From positions 372,001 through 436,000 of the forward strand of contig CM061256.1 in NCBI GenBank assembly GCA_022605425.2: a stretch of DNA of 64,000 nucleotides, read 5' to 3'. Source of the stretch: Hamiltosporidium tvaerminnensis FI-OER-3-3. Lineage: Eukaryota > Fungi > Microsporidia. A model generated the notes under the pieces. It saw only the letters and a program-made list of their open reading frames with translations, had not been told where the DNA came from and did no database searches. Of the stretch, positions 1 through 13,540 are shown piece by piece (position 1 is the first letter of the stretch; every line of letters starts with the position of its first letter). A program made the translations under genes and the position numbers.

Positions 1-683
1 TTACATAAAATTCTACCACGTTTTAAACAACAATTTTTACTCAAAGTATAGATCGAGTTTTTTAGTAAAATTATTTTTCTGTTTTTAATTTATTTTTCCA
101 TATTTAAAAATCTTAATTTAGCACACATTATAAATAGATTCTTTAAACAATATTGGACTGACTTTTTTTAATTTTTTTGTAATTTAAAAATGTGTTTAAT
201 TTCGCTACGAAAAAATGTAGGTTATACTCAAATTTCATTTTGCTTACTAATTTGATGTCTATGAATTATATTTGTTTGTTTCGTTTATAACTAAAAGTAG
301 AGGGTGAATATGATGTTATTGTAGTTTATGTTTTGTACGATAAATGTTTCTTATAATTTTATAAAATCTTATATTTCAGAGAGATATGTTTAAAATATAC
401 TTATTTTGGAAATAATTTTATCGAAACCGGGAAAAAAATTGGTTACGTTTATAAGTTCTCTAAAGAATACAATAATATTAAACATACTATTCGTATAACC
501 ATAGATATTTTAAATTTTATAGCAATAGAATTAAAATTGATTCATATAGACTCGTTTGAGTTTTAGATTAATTGATTGTCATTGTCCCATTATTTGAAAT
601 AAATTGCAAAATCGTGCCTTTTTTCAATAAAATTTTATAATCAAAAAAAATAAAAAATTCAAAAAAAAAATTGATCCCATACG

Positions 684-1613
684 ATGCTAGAAATAAATAA
701 AGCAAGAGATATTTTAAACGGAAAACATTATAATATATCACAGAAAATGCGCGCATTGTTCTTTTTGCGCAACATAAACAATACAGAATCAGTTTTAAGC
801 ATTATGTCTGCATTTCACAATGAATCCGTTCTACTTAAACACGAATTGGCATATGTACTTGGACAGATGCGAGATCCAACTTGTATACAAACTTTAAAAG
901 ATGTTTTAAGCAATACCGCAGAAAATGAGATCGTAAGACACGAAGCAGCAGAAGCACTTGGAAATTTTCTTGATAAAAATGATATCGATTTTTTAAAATC
1001 ATTTCTTAAGGATATTTCAATTCCTGTTCGAGAAACATGTTATTTAGCAATCAAAAAAATAGAAAATCATCATAAATCAGAAAATAAAATAAATTTTGAA
1101 AAAAGTGAAAATTTTTTAAAAAATTATAATTTATCCGATTCTTCTATTCAATTTGATAAAATAGAATTATCAGAATTCGATTCTTGTGATCCTGCATATC
1201 CTTTGATTATTGATGATAATTTCTTAGAATTTATATATTTGAAGCACTCTGACATTTATCTTAGATACGGTGCTATGTTTTCTTTAAGAAATAAGAAAAA
1301 CATAAGTATATTGGTGAAAGGCTTTAAAGATAATTCTGCACTATTTAGACATGAAGTAGCATTTGTATTAGGACAATTAAAAATGAAAGAGAGCATTCTT
1401 TATCTAAAAGAAGTACTTGATAATGAAAACGAACACGATATGGTTCGACATGAATGTGCAGAAGCAATCGGGGCAATTGGTACAGATGAATGTCACAAAA
1501 TTCTTATGAAATATCTTAACTGTGATGCTGACATCGTTAGAGAAAGTGCAGAAGTTGCTTTGGATATTTGTGCTTATGAAATGTCAACAGAAACAGAGTA
1601 TTGCAAAGTATAA
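684..1613 (+). CDS. DOHH: Deoxyhypusine hydroxylase (HEAT-repeat di-iron enzyme), copy A
   Basis: Four HE motifs (LLKHELAYVLGQ, IVRHEAAEALG, LFRHEVAFVLGQ, MVRHECAEAIG), RALFFLRN and DPA motifs; CCC motif just upstream of ATG. Confidence 0.95.
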   Translation: MLEINKARDILNGKHYNISQKMRALFFLRNINNTESVLSIMSAFHNESVLLKHELAYVLGQMRDPTCIQTLKDVLSNTAENEIVRHEAAEALGNFLDKNDIDFLKSFLKDISIPVRETCYLAIKKIENHHKSENKINFEKSENFLKNYNLSDSSIQFDKIELSEFDSCDPAYPLIIDDNFLEFIYLKHSDIYLRYGAMFSLRNKKNISILVKGFKDNSALFRHEVAFVLGQLKMKESILYLKEVLDNENEHDMVRHECAEAIGAIGTDECHKILMKYLNCDADIVRESAEVALDICAYEMSTETEYCKV

Positions 1614-3407
1614 TTATATCTTTATTATTTGTCTTTTCTTGATATATTAAATATATTATTTCTTAATTTCATAATACTTTCTATTTAAATTTATTTATAG
1701 GTTTTAAATTATCTTTGTTTTAAAATTTTAATTTTTTAAATATCTTAATTACCGATTCTGATAAGTTGTCTTTCTGTTTAGAGGATTAAAAAATGCAATG
1801 CAAAGGTATTCTATTGCTAATCAATGTCTGGCTTTTATTGAGTTTATTCCTTTTTCAGATAAAGCGTTTTGTAAAAGTCAACCCATTTTACATTCACAGT
1901 TATTCTATTTTCTCTATAAATTTCTTATTTTGTTGATTAAGCCACAATCCAATTCACGCTAGATCATTGATTCTGAAACAGTTCTTTATTTGAATTTTTT
2001 TTAAGCTGTTGTAATACAGGATTATAGAATTTTGACTTATATATCCAGTGTAGTTTATATCTCATAAAAATTTAAGAATGAAATTCACATTAATTTCACA
2101 GACTCATTTCTAAACAATAGTTTTTGATGTAGTCATCTATATAATACCCCTATTTTACCATTCCTCGATTAAAAATGTATTATACTTCTAAATTCACGCA
2201 CTCGTAGTTTAATTACTCTTATTGTATAATTATTTGGGTTTTTTATACTTCCTATATTAACTTAATTAAACTATAGACGGATCAATTTTTATATCTTAAC
2301 AAAAAAATTGCAATTATGATTCTATCGAAAGGATAGCACCATAATAGAATTATTCTATTAATATGCAGCAGAACCTAAAAAAATCTTTGATATAAAATTA
2401 TTAACCTTTATATATTTTTACCAAGTAATTAAAAAAACGTAGATTTTAATTATATTTGAAGCCATTCAACTCGAATAAATTTCGTGTTTATGATATTATT
2501 ACGGTAGCAAACTACTTTAATTTTTAATAAACTATTTATGAAAATATTATAAAAATATTTAATAGTTTGATAATTTCTAATTTTATTTCTTTTATAGTTA
2601 TTATGAGAGTTGATTGCTAATTCCAAATGGTTCTAGTTAAAATACTTACAAAAGAATGAAATTAACCTATAAATTAAAAAATTATACATTTATGTAAGAT
2701 ATTGAAAAGCTGAGGTGACCAAATTCTTTATATAGGGAATAAAAAAATAATTAAATACTCAAGAAAATCTTTTACGACTAATATAGAGAAAATGTCTAAT
2801 TAACTTTTAATTCCTTAATTATCTTTATTCAATTATCTAAAATATCAGTAAATAATTTAACGATTCTCAAATATTCTTTAGTATTTCCAAGTAAACGGAT
2901 GGAATGATAAATAAATTTCAAAATATTTATATTTATTTGAAGTATTACAAACAATTTACATATTTTAAAATAATATTTTCTAAAACTTTATTTTAGGTTA
3001 AAAGTAGTATAAAAATATTATATGTTTGATAAAATATTTAATTTAGCTATTTTTAAAAGAACAAAAGAAATTTTTTAAAATATTATTATTTTAAAATGTG
3101 TAAATTGTTTGTAACACAATGTAATTTTCATAAGATTCCATCAATGTTATTACAATTATAAATAATTCTTAATAAATTATACTCTTATTTTAGGAAATTT
3201 CTTACAATGAATATTTGAATTCTCCAAGCAGTTTATATATAGAAATTTACTTTTATATTGTAAATATTTATCAAATAATACAATTATAACCAGAAATAAT
3301 TTTGAAAAAAATAACTAAAAAGATATTTTTTTAAAATTTAAAAACAAGTAAAATATTTAGAATTCAAAAAACAAGAAATTTACACGGATTTTTTTATTTT
3401 GAGAATT

Positions 3408-4457
3408 TTAATTTTTTATTCCAAAATCCATGGTATTTATTACATTTCGTACTTTACTTCTCCAAGAATCAAATTTATTAATCATATCATCAATATCTTT
3501 AGTTTCTAAAATTTTACACATTAATAATGTAAAAACCATTTCTTCTTTTTCACAGTCTATATAGCCTTTGACTATTTTCATACTAAGAGACTTTAAAAAT
3601 ATTGAAGGTACATCATTTTTTGGAATATTAAGAAGTTTTGCTGCTTCATCAAATCTTACTCGATGTGATTTGAGTGTAAAAAAATAATTCAGAAGAGAAA
3701 TTAAATGAGCCTTTTCTATCAATCCATCAATTGATAAACCATATTTTGTAATTAAATTGGTTTTTTTTAGAAATGAAATATTTGCTTGTTTTGTATTTAT
3801 ATAAAGATCAGAAAGTTCTTTATTCTCAAGATATGGAAATATTGGTGACGTATAAAATGTATTATAATTATGAATATCTTTAGAAAGAAGAGAAAGTCGA
3901 GCCATTTTTTCTGCAAGAAATTTTGGAGAAATATCAGAAATATTGTAATTTCTTTCGTTGTAGTCAGGCATTCCACATATTTCTACATATTTTATACGAT
4001 AAGAATATGCTTCTTCGTATTTTCCTATTATTTCGTAGAACTCATACGAAAGTCTGTAAAGATTTGCTATCATTTTCTTATTATGAGCATCTTTTAATTT
4101 TTTTTCTAAAAAATTATAAACCTGTGTATGGCATTTATCTCCGTTCAACAACATAAATTCAAGTCTGTAAATTTCTAAAAAATCGACAGCTAAAGAATGT
4201 GTTTCGGTTTCTAAAAGATCGTTTCGAAGTAATTCCTGTGCCTTTTCTATTAAATCAATACTGTCTCTATGTTTAATAGTTGATAAAACTACTGAAGCAA
4301 ACGTAGTTGGATAGAAAGATTTAGAAACAGGAAATATTTTATTTTCTATAAATAAAAGTATTTCTTTTACTAATTTATTTTTTTCTAAATTTTCTTCAAT
4401 TGATAAAGCAAGGTTGTACCACTTTTTTTGTGAAAAATATGTTTCTATTTGATTCAT
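3408..4457 (-). CDS. RPN9: 26S proteasome lid subunit Rpn9/PSMD13 (PCI domain), copy A, 349 aa
   Basis: N-terminal KKWYNLA resembles the Rpn9 KKLWHQL motif. C-terminal PCI region RFDEAAK..KSLSMKIVKGYID..KILE..INKFDSW. ACCC immediately before ATG. Confidence 0.8.
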   Translation of the reverse strand: MNQIETYFSQKKWYNLALSIEENLEKNKLVKEILLFIENKIFPVSKSFYPTTFASVVLSTIKHRDSIDLIEKAQELLRNDLLETETHSLAVDFLEIYRLEFMLLNGDKCHTQVYNFLEKKLKDAHNKKMIANLYRLSYEFYEIIGKYEEAYSYRIKYVEICGMPDYNERNYNISDISPKFLAEKMARLSLLSKDIHNYNTFYTSPIFPYLENKELSDLYINTKQANISFLKKTNLITKYGLSIDGLIEKAHLISLLNYFFTLKSHRVRFDEAAKLLNIPKNDVPSIFLKSLSMKIVKGYIDCEKEEMVFTLLMCKILETKDIDDMINKFDSWRSKVRNVINTMDFGIKN

Positions 4458-4589
4458 GGGTTATAAAAATTTTTTTGTTATTTATTTTCTGAAAAATAAG
4501 AAAAATAAGTTTTTAAACAAATTCATCAGACTTTATCCCAAGAAATTAAGGGCAGAAATCTATTTAAAGCCATAAACAAATAGGCAAAT

Positions 4590-5968
4590 TCTATACTAAA
4601 CTATTTTATAGATATACTTCGATTAGAACCAGCCAACTTCTCAAAACTAGATTATGCAGCACGTATGTGCTAGTAAAGAACAAAATTCATCTACGCCCGA
4701 TATATGAAGAATTTTTATGACTTCTCCATAAGGAACTTAGGGCGAGCTTTGCATAGTGTCGAGTACAAAAGCGAACATATTTTTTTGCAGCTCTTGGGTT
4801 GTCTGGAATAATCTAAAAATACATCTCAGAAGAGCAGGAAGTTTAAAGGTCGGTAACAATAATAAAGCTCACCTTTTACCAATAAAAAATTTTTAAAAAG
4901 TAAAATTCGAGTTGGAAGAGGAAATTTCAAAAATAAATTGTAGAATTCGCAACTAGCTAACCAGTATAACGAAATCTAATAACAAAAACTTTATTCAAGG
5001 TTATGTAAAGCTATAAATTTACAGCTGTTAAGTTTCAAGGACTCGTCAAGATGGTTAAGGATAAGAAATATATTCTGAGAAGCAGAAGGTATGTGTCAAT
5101 ACTGCAACACGTCTAGAAAAACAGTAGACTATTTATCAACGAAGTGTGAAAAATGCCTGGTAATGACTATACTTAACGACAGAATGAAATCATAGGAAGC
5201 ATTTATTTAGTTCTACGAAATAGATTTGATTTCAAGTCTTCAAAACAAATTCGGAGTTATTAAGTTCATGAAATTCTTGATAAAAAGTATGCAGAGATAA
5301 GAGTAAGTACCGAAACAAAAGTATAATGTCAAAATTCAAAATTATAAACAAGATATATTCATTTAGAATAGAACGCAAAGTAGTATTATTCTTATTGAAG
5401 TAGTAATCTTTTCCCAAAATAATATTTAGATAGTTGAAACGAAAAGGTTAAGAAGTATAATCTATTTGCAAATGAGTCGGGTCTTATTTATAAATGTAGT
5501 TTGGAGTTAATTCTTATGTGATGGTGACCTAGGAGAGAATTATATCAAAATACAATAAGATGTATGCTAAAAGACTACAAATATCCATGAATGTAGCGGC
5601 ATATATTGTGTCAGTAGTACACAAGAAGAGTTTTGAAACAATTTCATTTGATCGCCAAGAGGACTTGAGTCAAAAGCAAATGCCAAAGAGAATTGGAAAA
5701 GAGCGTCATAAGTGGTATTGAAAGAGGTGAGATACATAAGCAACTAACACCTCAATAAGGAAAGTGACAATCTTGATGATGGTGTTAAAATGAAAATTTC
5801 AAAAAATATCTTACTCCTATTATTTTAGATGTATGATCACACTGAAGGAACTCTCAATGAACACAAAGGAAGAGTCGGATTCAAAATAAGAGAAAGATGT
5901 GGCTAATGTTGAAAATAATATATAAAGAGATAAAATTCATTAATGCAGAAAAAATATTTAATAAAATT
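4590..5968 (+). mobile_element. Decayed 3' portion of R4-clade LINE
   Basis: Colinear similarity to ~54530-55955 (e.g. GCATAGTGTCGAG..AGCGAACATAT, AGAGTCGGATT, similar 3' terminus), with many stops and indels. Boundaries approximate. Confidence 0.8.
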
Positions 5969-6274
5969 GTTTTTTATGTAATTTGTGGTTTGTTTTATTG
6001 TTTTAAAGGGCATAATATCAATGATAATTTATAGAATTCTTTTTAATTTACCACCAATAAAATTTAATTAGTCAAATATGGTTTTATGAAAAATATATGT
6101 ATATTTTTTATAATATAAAACCAAACTTCTAATTCAATTATTTTCTAATCTTTAATCTATTTTCGATAAAAGAATATAAATATCTTTTTTTAATTTATCA
6201 CTGATAAAATATTCTACAAAAATATTTTTACTGGTTGAACTAAAATATTAATTATATCCCATATTTGTTAATCC

Positions 6275-8681
6275 ATGAATAATATTATGTATCTTAAGAA
6301 AAAAAGCGCTTTTAAAGGGTATGAATTTTGTATTCAGTATTTTATTTTGAAAATCTTCATGACATTGAATCTTGTTACGGCATATAAATTTGCTTTCAAT
6401 TTCTACAAAAACGAAAATTCCGAAATTTTATTCTTCCTTCAAAGACAAGAGAACCGAGAGAATTCTGAACATAACATTGAAAAATTCGATCTGAAATCAT
6501 ATAATACCAATGAAGAAAATCAATTAGATCGACAAGATCCAGTTTTTACATATACAAAAGAAAATTTTATTGAGTTTTATTTATTAAACAATATGTTATT
6601 TACAAATTCCTTCGAAAATAATTGCCAGAATAGAATTATAAATTGTAATTTTGATTTATCTTATTACTTAAAGCTATCTAAAGATTTTACAGCAATACCA
6701 AATAGACTTACTATTTGTCAGCTGAAATATTTTCTCTTGACTTTAAAATTTTTACAAGCAGTAGATAACAAAAATATGGCTAAATTGTTACAAGCATTAA
6801 TTTTTAAAGTATTTATTTGTTCTAATACCGATGATACAGATAAAAACGATACAAAACATGAAGAAATCATTGATTCATATTTTGTGTCTCAATTTGATTT
6901 TTATATTAAAAGAGGATTGTTAATCGCTTTTTTACACATACTTATGATAAAGTATACATTTTATGATGAGAACTTGATTTTATTAGAAAAATCTAAAGAT
7001 ACCTATAATTCTTCACATTTCCATGAACATATTCCATACAAGAATTTATTAATATATAATTACAAAATATTTCGTACTCTAAAAAATACTCTTAAAAGTC
7101 TTCCTAATTTCCTATGTATTTTCAGAATTTATTGGAGGAAATAAATATAAAATCTCTGATAATTACTGATTACGAGGAATTAGAAAATCGCATCGAATGA
7201 TATATATTTGTTTATTAAGTTCATTGACTTTCTTCAAATCTATAGTAATTTCAAAGTCCGAACAAATATTCTCAAGGATTTTTATACGATCCAAATTTAA
7301 TTTATAAAAAGGATATTGAATATCTTTCATTGAAGTAATCTAACGGTCGAACTATCCAATCTTGTTTTTTTGTTAGAACAACAAAAACTTAAAGGATTGA
7401 TATTGTATTACGTTGATTTAGAAGATAACGAGGATTACTCCATGGAATATAATATGAGATTAAATTTGGAATATATCCACTTTGCAAATGTTGAAATGAA
7501 TTTTTTTAGGTGGAGAGATTTTTTTAAATTTGCAGATTTCGGTAAATAATATTAGAATTTGATCGGCTTTTGTTGCAAGAAAATGTTTTGAGTTATATTG
7601 GTCTATTGAATTCATATAAAAATGTTCTTTATTTGGAAATTAAATTTTGTAATTTATATATATTGAGGGATTTTCATAAAATATTGAATAAGTTTAAATA
7701 TCTACAGACTTTAAAGCTGAATAGATATAATGACGATAGAAATAGCAGTTTGTATATGTTTGAAGCGATTAAAAATATGAATTACTTAGAAAATTTGACT
7801 ATCAATCTGCCTTATAGAGGAGTTTATAATAACAGCGACTATTTTTTCGGCATGCAAAATTTCAAAGTTTTGTGTTTGACCGGTACTAATCTTACACAGG
7901 AGATTCCTAATATCAAGATTTGGGGGAATTATACATTGTTACGTACCTATATCATTAATAAAGCTATAATAAAAGTGTATGATTTAATTGAAATATTGAA
8001 AATAGAAAGTTTAACTAAGTTGTCCATTCTTAGATTGTGATATAGAACCTTGTTTTCAATTATATTTCGGTTGAACTTTCAGGTATAAACATCAAATCCT
8101 TAGATTTCACTGCGACGAATTTAGATGCTTTGAAAAATATTGATATTTTTAAGGAGTTTGCTCGGCTAGAAACATTACACTTGTCGAATTGTAATTTAAA
8201 ATCTGGATGGCTAACCCAAACTAATCAGTCCTGTAATTTATCCCTAAAAATACTTCATTATGCAGCTAATTGTCTTGATAGAACTGATTTGAACCGAATG
8301 AACAATCTTGAAGTTCTTGAAGAATTAAATTTAAGAGATTGTAAATTTTATAGTTGTGGTTTTTTTGAGTTAGGAAATGATTGTAAATTCTTAGGTAGTT
8401 TAAAATATTTAGATCTTTTACATGTGGAAATAAATATAGAAGATTTGATTTTTTTAAAAAGTTTTAAAAACTTGAAAAGTTTGAATTTAACACTTTCAGA
8501 TCCGGATTTCTTTACAGCAAAAAATTTATTGTTTTATTTACCAATAAATGCTCTATCTTTAAATGAATGTAATAAGAAAAGCATTTTTGAAAATTCTTAT
8601 AGCAGATACCTCTACGAAGAAAATATAAACTTGAATTTAAATTCGCTTTCGAGTAAATCCTTTATCCTCATTCGCATTTGA
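6275..8681 (+). pseudogene. Frameshifted leucine-rich-repeat protein gene (ORF pieces 6275-7144, 7570-8040, 8130-8681)
   Basis: N-terminal part nearly identical to 28483-30885; later pieces contain LxxLxLxxC repeats. Several 1-bp indels around 7120-7560 and ~8040, which could be real or sequencing errors. Confidence 0.75.
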
Positions 8682-10082
8682 TATATGCCTATTTCTTATA
8701 TTGAAATAAACAAATATTGAATTGTGTTAAATTAAATATAAACTCAACATTAGTATAATTTTTTAATGTTAATTTTGTTGTAACCTATTTATTTACTTAT
8801 TATTCTTCATTCATATCTTTTTATGAACTATATATATTTACAGGATTTTTTTATAAACAATACAATTATGCTTTACTTACAATTATATTTTATATTAACA
8901 ATTTGTGATTTTGATCAATAAAACTCACACTTTCATTGTATAGAGCGATCTGATGTGAGTCAGAAGCAAATTTTTATTTTCAAGCTGACATTCTTTATCT
9001 AATGAGACTTACATGAAAAAATTTTCCTTAATGGACTTTATGTCATGTTTTCATTCGAGATATTTTAGATGGTCTTCTATTATGATACAATTTTAACATC
9101 ACCTATTTTGATTTGACCTAATCTTTTTTTTGCATCTCAAATCTCATTCGAGTATTTCATTTCTTCGCGCAAATTTTTATTTTCAGTTTTATATTTTACT
9201 ACAAAGATAAACAAGAATAGTGAGTGGCATCTTCTGATAAGTCAACAATTTGACTTCTCAGTCACGCGAAGATTGTACTCTTTAACTTTTTGGGCAAAAA
9301 TGATACCCGCTATTTCTTGTAGAGACAATATATTTACTAAAAGTTATGTCCCAATGTTTTTATAATTTTTATTTAAGGCCAGATTTCCTTAAGGTCATTA
9401 CCTTTTCGTATTTTTTCATGCTACGAAGGAAGAGTTATAAAAATCGTTTTCTTTACGACTTATTTCTTTTTAAACCACCGTTATAGCCATATATGACTTA
9501 ATTTTTTAACAGTTTATTGTGTTATAATCTTATTTTGCAAAATTATACTCATAAAAATGATTTTTCTGTATTTTACTAAAACATTTCGTTTTTATTTATT
9601 AGATAACCCCATTTAATCGAATGAAGAACGATTACCTAAACACCAAAACTAACTTTTCATTTATAAGCCAAAAATTTAACGTAAAACATTTCAAATGCTT
9701 AGAAACATTATTACTTTGATTTAGATGAAAAATCAAGATAAAAAAAGAAGCAGTTATAATGATAAAAGTATTATTATAAGTAAAGCATTTTTATTTATTT
9801 CTTCTCTTAAATATCTTTTACTAAAATTAAGGCCAAAAAACAGATGATTTTATTGAAATAAATAACCTAAAACAAATGAAAGATTCAATAAGTTAAAAAA
9901 TAACTCTTTTTCAGTAGATATTATTGTATTTAGAATCGTCTCGTATTTTATTATGTTCCTCTCTTCTTTCTCCCGCCGCTGAATTTTTAATTCTGAGAAA
10001 AAGTAAATCTTGACAGCAATATCCATAATTGCAGATTATAAGAGGTTTTAAAATTTATTTTATTTCTTTTGTAAGAAATTAA

Positions 10083-10810
10083 ATATTTAAACTTTATTCA
10101 AAAGTATCACATCTTTTTAAAACAGTGGCAAGTGTTATATTTGTTTTTATGACATTAACGAAGTTTTAGGTTTAACATGAATAACTGCTACCCCGCACTC
10201 CATCGGTAACCTCTGCGATACCTATGTCCCAAAGCCTTTCATCTAACCGGTGTGTAGAACCTAATTAATAAGCGAGGCAGTTGTCCGGAGTTGTTAATGT
10301 CGGTTGCATGGAGTGCGATCGAAAACCGAAGCCCCCTGCTCCTCCAAGACTATGCAGCGTTCCCACTTACTCTACACTTTCTGAACCCAATAAACTTCTA
10401 GCTAAGATATATTTCAGAGATTTACATGGGATCCACCTAGACAGTGCAATGCCATACCAACAGGTATAACCTGCTACTTAGCTCTCTTGGCTATAATGGT
10501 TTTATTTTTATTCTCCTAGGCGCTAAGTCTTCTAACCCGAGTGAGCAAGGCTAGGTTTCTATGCTTTTACATGGCAATTACCTACAAGTTTAGCCGCGGT
10601 CTGCAATCTGTTGACGTAAAAAACTACAAATAAATCGTAGAAAAAGTTTCTCCATTTCTTAGACTTCTCCTCCTCATCACAACTCCCATGAACAACCAAA
10701 GATGTAGTGTGGTTTTATTCCCACCAAAAATTCAAACAATGATTTTCAGAGCAGTTTCACACACTCATTGCCAAGCAGAAAGTTTTTTATGTGGTTATCC
10801 TCCCTCCACC
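10083..10810 (-). mobile_element. ~730-bp SINE-like element, copy 1
   Basis: Homologous to 51421-52148. Flanked by direct repeat TTTTGTAAGAAATTAA (10067-10082 and 10811-10826). Confidence 0.85.
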
Positions 10811-10831
10811 TTTTGTAAGAAATTAATCTTA

Positions 10832-12581
10832 CTCCCTCTGTCCGGAAATATGGTATACATTTTAGCGATTTTTTTGTCCGGAAATATGGTATACATTTGC
10901 GAAAAAAATAAAATAAAATAAAAAATGTAAGGACAAGTTTATTATATTACCTTTATTTCGAACATTAAATAAATATTAATGTAAATATTAAATAAAGATT
11001 TAAAATCATATATATTAAAATTAATAATTCACTCAAAATTTGATTTGGCTTTAACGTATTCTTCTTTGGAACATACATATTTTTCTAGCAGTCGACCTTC
11101 GCGACGAAGTTTTACTTTACTTAAATGAGGTATTTTATAACCATTTCCACCATCTGCTAGCATAATTGACTCCATACATGCTTGCAATGTTGTAAAAACG
11201 TTATCGAGAGTATTCGCTTCTAATTGATGAAATGCATCTTGAACAAGATTTATTAATTCGTCAATTGTGTGTGGCGATGCTTGATATTGCAGCGATTGTA
11301 TGGAGTTGAAAAAGCCTAAACCAAGAACATTTAAATTCGGGCTATTTGCCAGTTGCACCTTAAATTTAATATTCCAGTCATCAGCAGAACCAAGAGCGAC
11401 AATATCTGCATCATTATCCGAAAAATGGGGTTTCGCATTGTCTTGTTGTACGTAAATTGTTTTCTTTTTGTATGCTTGCGGAAATTTAGATTTAATTACG
11501 GAAATACACTATCAATGATCATGTTTTTGCAACGACTGCTGTAACAGATTCCACATTTTTTTTTATCATTGTTCTTTAGCCCTATTCTTAGAATTTTTTT
11601 GAGCTGGTTCTTGATAAACAAATAGCCATATTCCAATTTTCCCATCAAAAAAAAGCTTTCGATGTGCATCATAGCGTGGTCGAGCTACTGCAGCCATGAA
11701 CATTATTTTCGTAATAAATGGCTTACTTTTGCAGTTTCTCTCCGGTTTTTCTTCGTTTAACATTAAGTAATAAGAGCGCTTAACTTTAGTTAGATAAAAC
11801 CACTTTTCATCAATGTGAACGTAGTCGTACAAATCATCAAAAAGCAAATCTCCATTATTAGCAAGATTTACTTTAGACAAGCAAAATTTCAATCTGTCCA
11901 TTTTATTTTTATCTGTTAAAGTTGGATAACTGAAGAAGATATTTTCTTCATATACTTTCCCGACTTGAATATATCAAACAAAGTTTATTTTGGAATATCA
12001 ATTGCAAAGGAAAGACTTGTGAGCGTTCATCGACGATTTAATGGTGTTTTCTTAATTGCGCTAAATTGTTCGAATATTCTTTAGGTTTTCTTCCGCATCT
12101 TTTTTTCTTTTTTGAAGAAACATCGGCACATATCTTGCCTTTTTTGTATTGAGTTTGTGCTGTGTGCCAAATTCTGTTAACGGTTAGCCGGGAAACTTGA
12201 AAGACAGAAGAAATTTCGTTGATGGCACCGTATTTTAACTTATTCTCCTTCATCTGCTGTAATAATTTTTTAAAATACCTTGACGTTGTTCTTTAGTTAA
12301 CTGTTTATATTTTGAATCTCTTCTTTCTAAATTTAACAAATTTCCTTCCAAATTTTCCATATTCGTTTTGCAGCGGTACTAATTTTTTTTACCTTAAGAA
12401 ACACTGATGTTTCAGCGGTAACTTTTTAACTAAGAATGATATTACTAAAGTTAAATATTTTAGGTTGTATTGTCATGAATATTTACTATGACAATGTCAT
12501 GACAGTTGCATTTTTATTTTTATATTCACGATAATCTATAGTTTTTTTCGAAATTTATACCATATTTCCGGACAGAGGGAG
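10832..12581 (-). mobile_element. Tc1/mariner DD39D (plant-type MLE) transposon with inactivated transposase
   Basis: 31-bp TIRs CTCCCTCTGTCCGGAAATATGGTATA(C/A)ATTT and TA duplications at 10830-31 and 12582-83. Transposase motifs HIDEKWF, QQDNAKPH and NSPNLNVLGLGFF, with 39 residues between the second D and the third-D position (now G). Frameshifted; start near 12360. Confidence 0.93.
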
Positions 12582-13540
12582 TATTTAATAAAAAATCGAA
12601 AAATTAGAAATATTACCAAACATGAAGTAGAAAACAAAGTTCAATGATTTCCTCTGTTCTATTATTCACATACTTTCTTTATATTAATCAACTTTTTCTT
12701 AACTTTTGTTGCTGTTTTACTCTTTTTCTATACTTAAATTCTAAAAAAAAAAAAAATTACAAAAAAAATAAAATATAAGCTAAGTATCATAATTAACTTT
12801 ATAAAGAATAAAAGGTCTTTAACCACATGATTTATTTCAGTTTTAAGTTATAGTACGTTTTTCTTTTGTTTTATGAAGTTTTAACACGAGACATAATAAA
12901 AATAGTAAATAAGTCTAGGCTCTTAACGGGCCATAATGCTATTGAGTAGGTAAATAAGTTGGTAAGTAAGATATAATAAAAAAAGAGAGTAACATATTAA
13001 GGTTTAGACCGAATAGAATAACAAAAAATTTATGTAATTTTTAAGTGAAAAACTATGGCAGGAACAAAAGTATAAAAAATACCTCAAAAATAATATTATA
13101 AACAGTATTGAATTACAAATAAAATGTAATTTACAAGCCTGAATCAGCGATATATTTGAGAGCTTATAAAGAAGAAGAAGCTAATTTAAATAATAAAACG
13201 ATAAATAACTTGAGAACAAAAGATTTTACAGCCTTTAATATGATAAATTCATAGTCTATTAAGCTTCTAATAATATTTTTAACAATTTATCTTAAAATAG
13301 CTATTATTCTGTAGTTTTATATACTAAGTTGTTAAATATTAAATAGTCGTGGTTTTTATTTATTCTAAATACCAATATGCTTCTCTTATTTAATTATTAT
13401 AATATTTTAGATTTACTAGTTTTTCAAGGTGGTATAAGTTACACAGTATTTTAAATCCTTTTTTCAACCAAGATTTAAAATTTTCCGAGAAATACAATAT
13501 TTTATTATAAACGACCACCCCCCTTCGCTATTAATTTTAA

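Larger units (their letters stand above)
1..8630. repeat. Left arm of large inverted segmental duplication (may extend beyond window start)
   Basis: Base 1 TTACATAAAATTCTACC pairs with ~37151 on the reverse strand. DOHH, RPN9, LINE remnant and LRR gene occur in mirrored order. Confidence 0.93.

Noticed and set aside
568-756. Short ORFs repeated in both arms (568-756/36397-36585, 3870-4097/33061-33288)
   Set aside because: Antisense overlaps of DOHH and RPN9, repeated only because of the duplication.
9621-9719. 32-aa ORF downstream of a CCCC motif
   Set aside because: Very short, with no distinctive composition or homology evidence.
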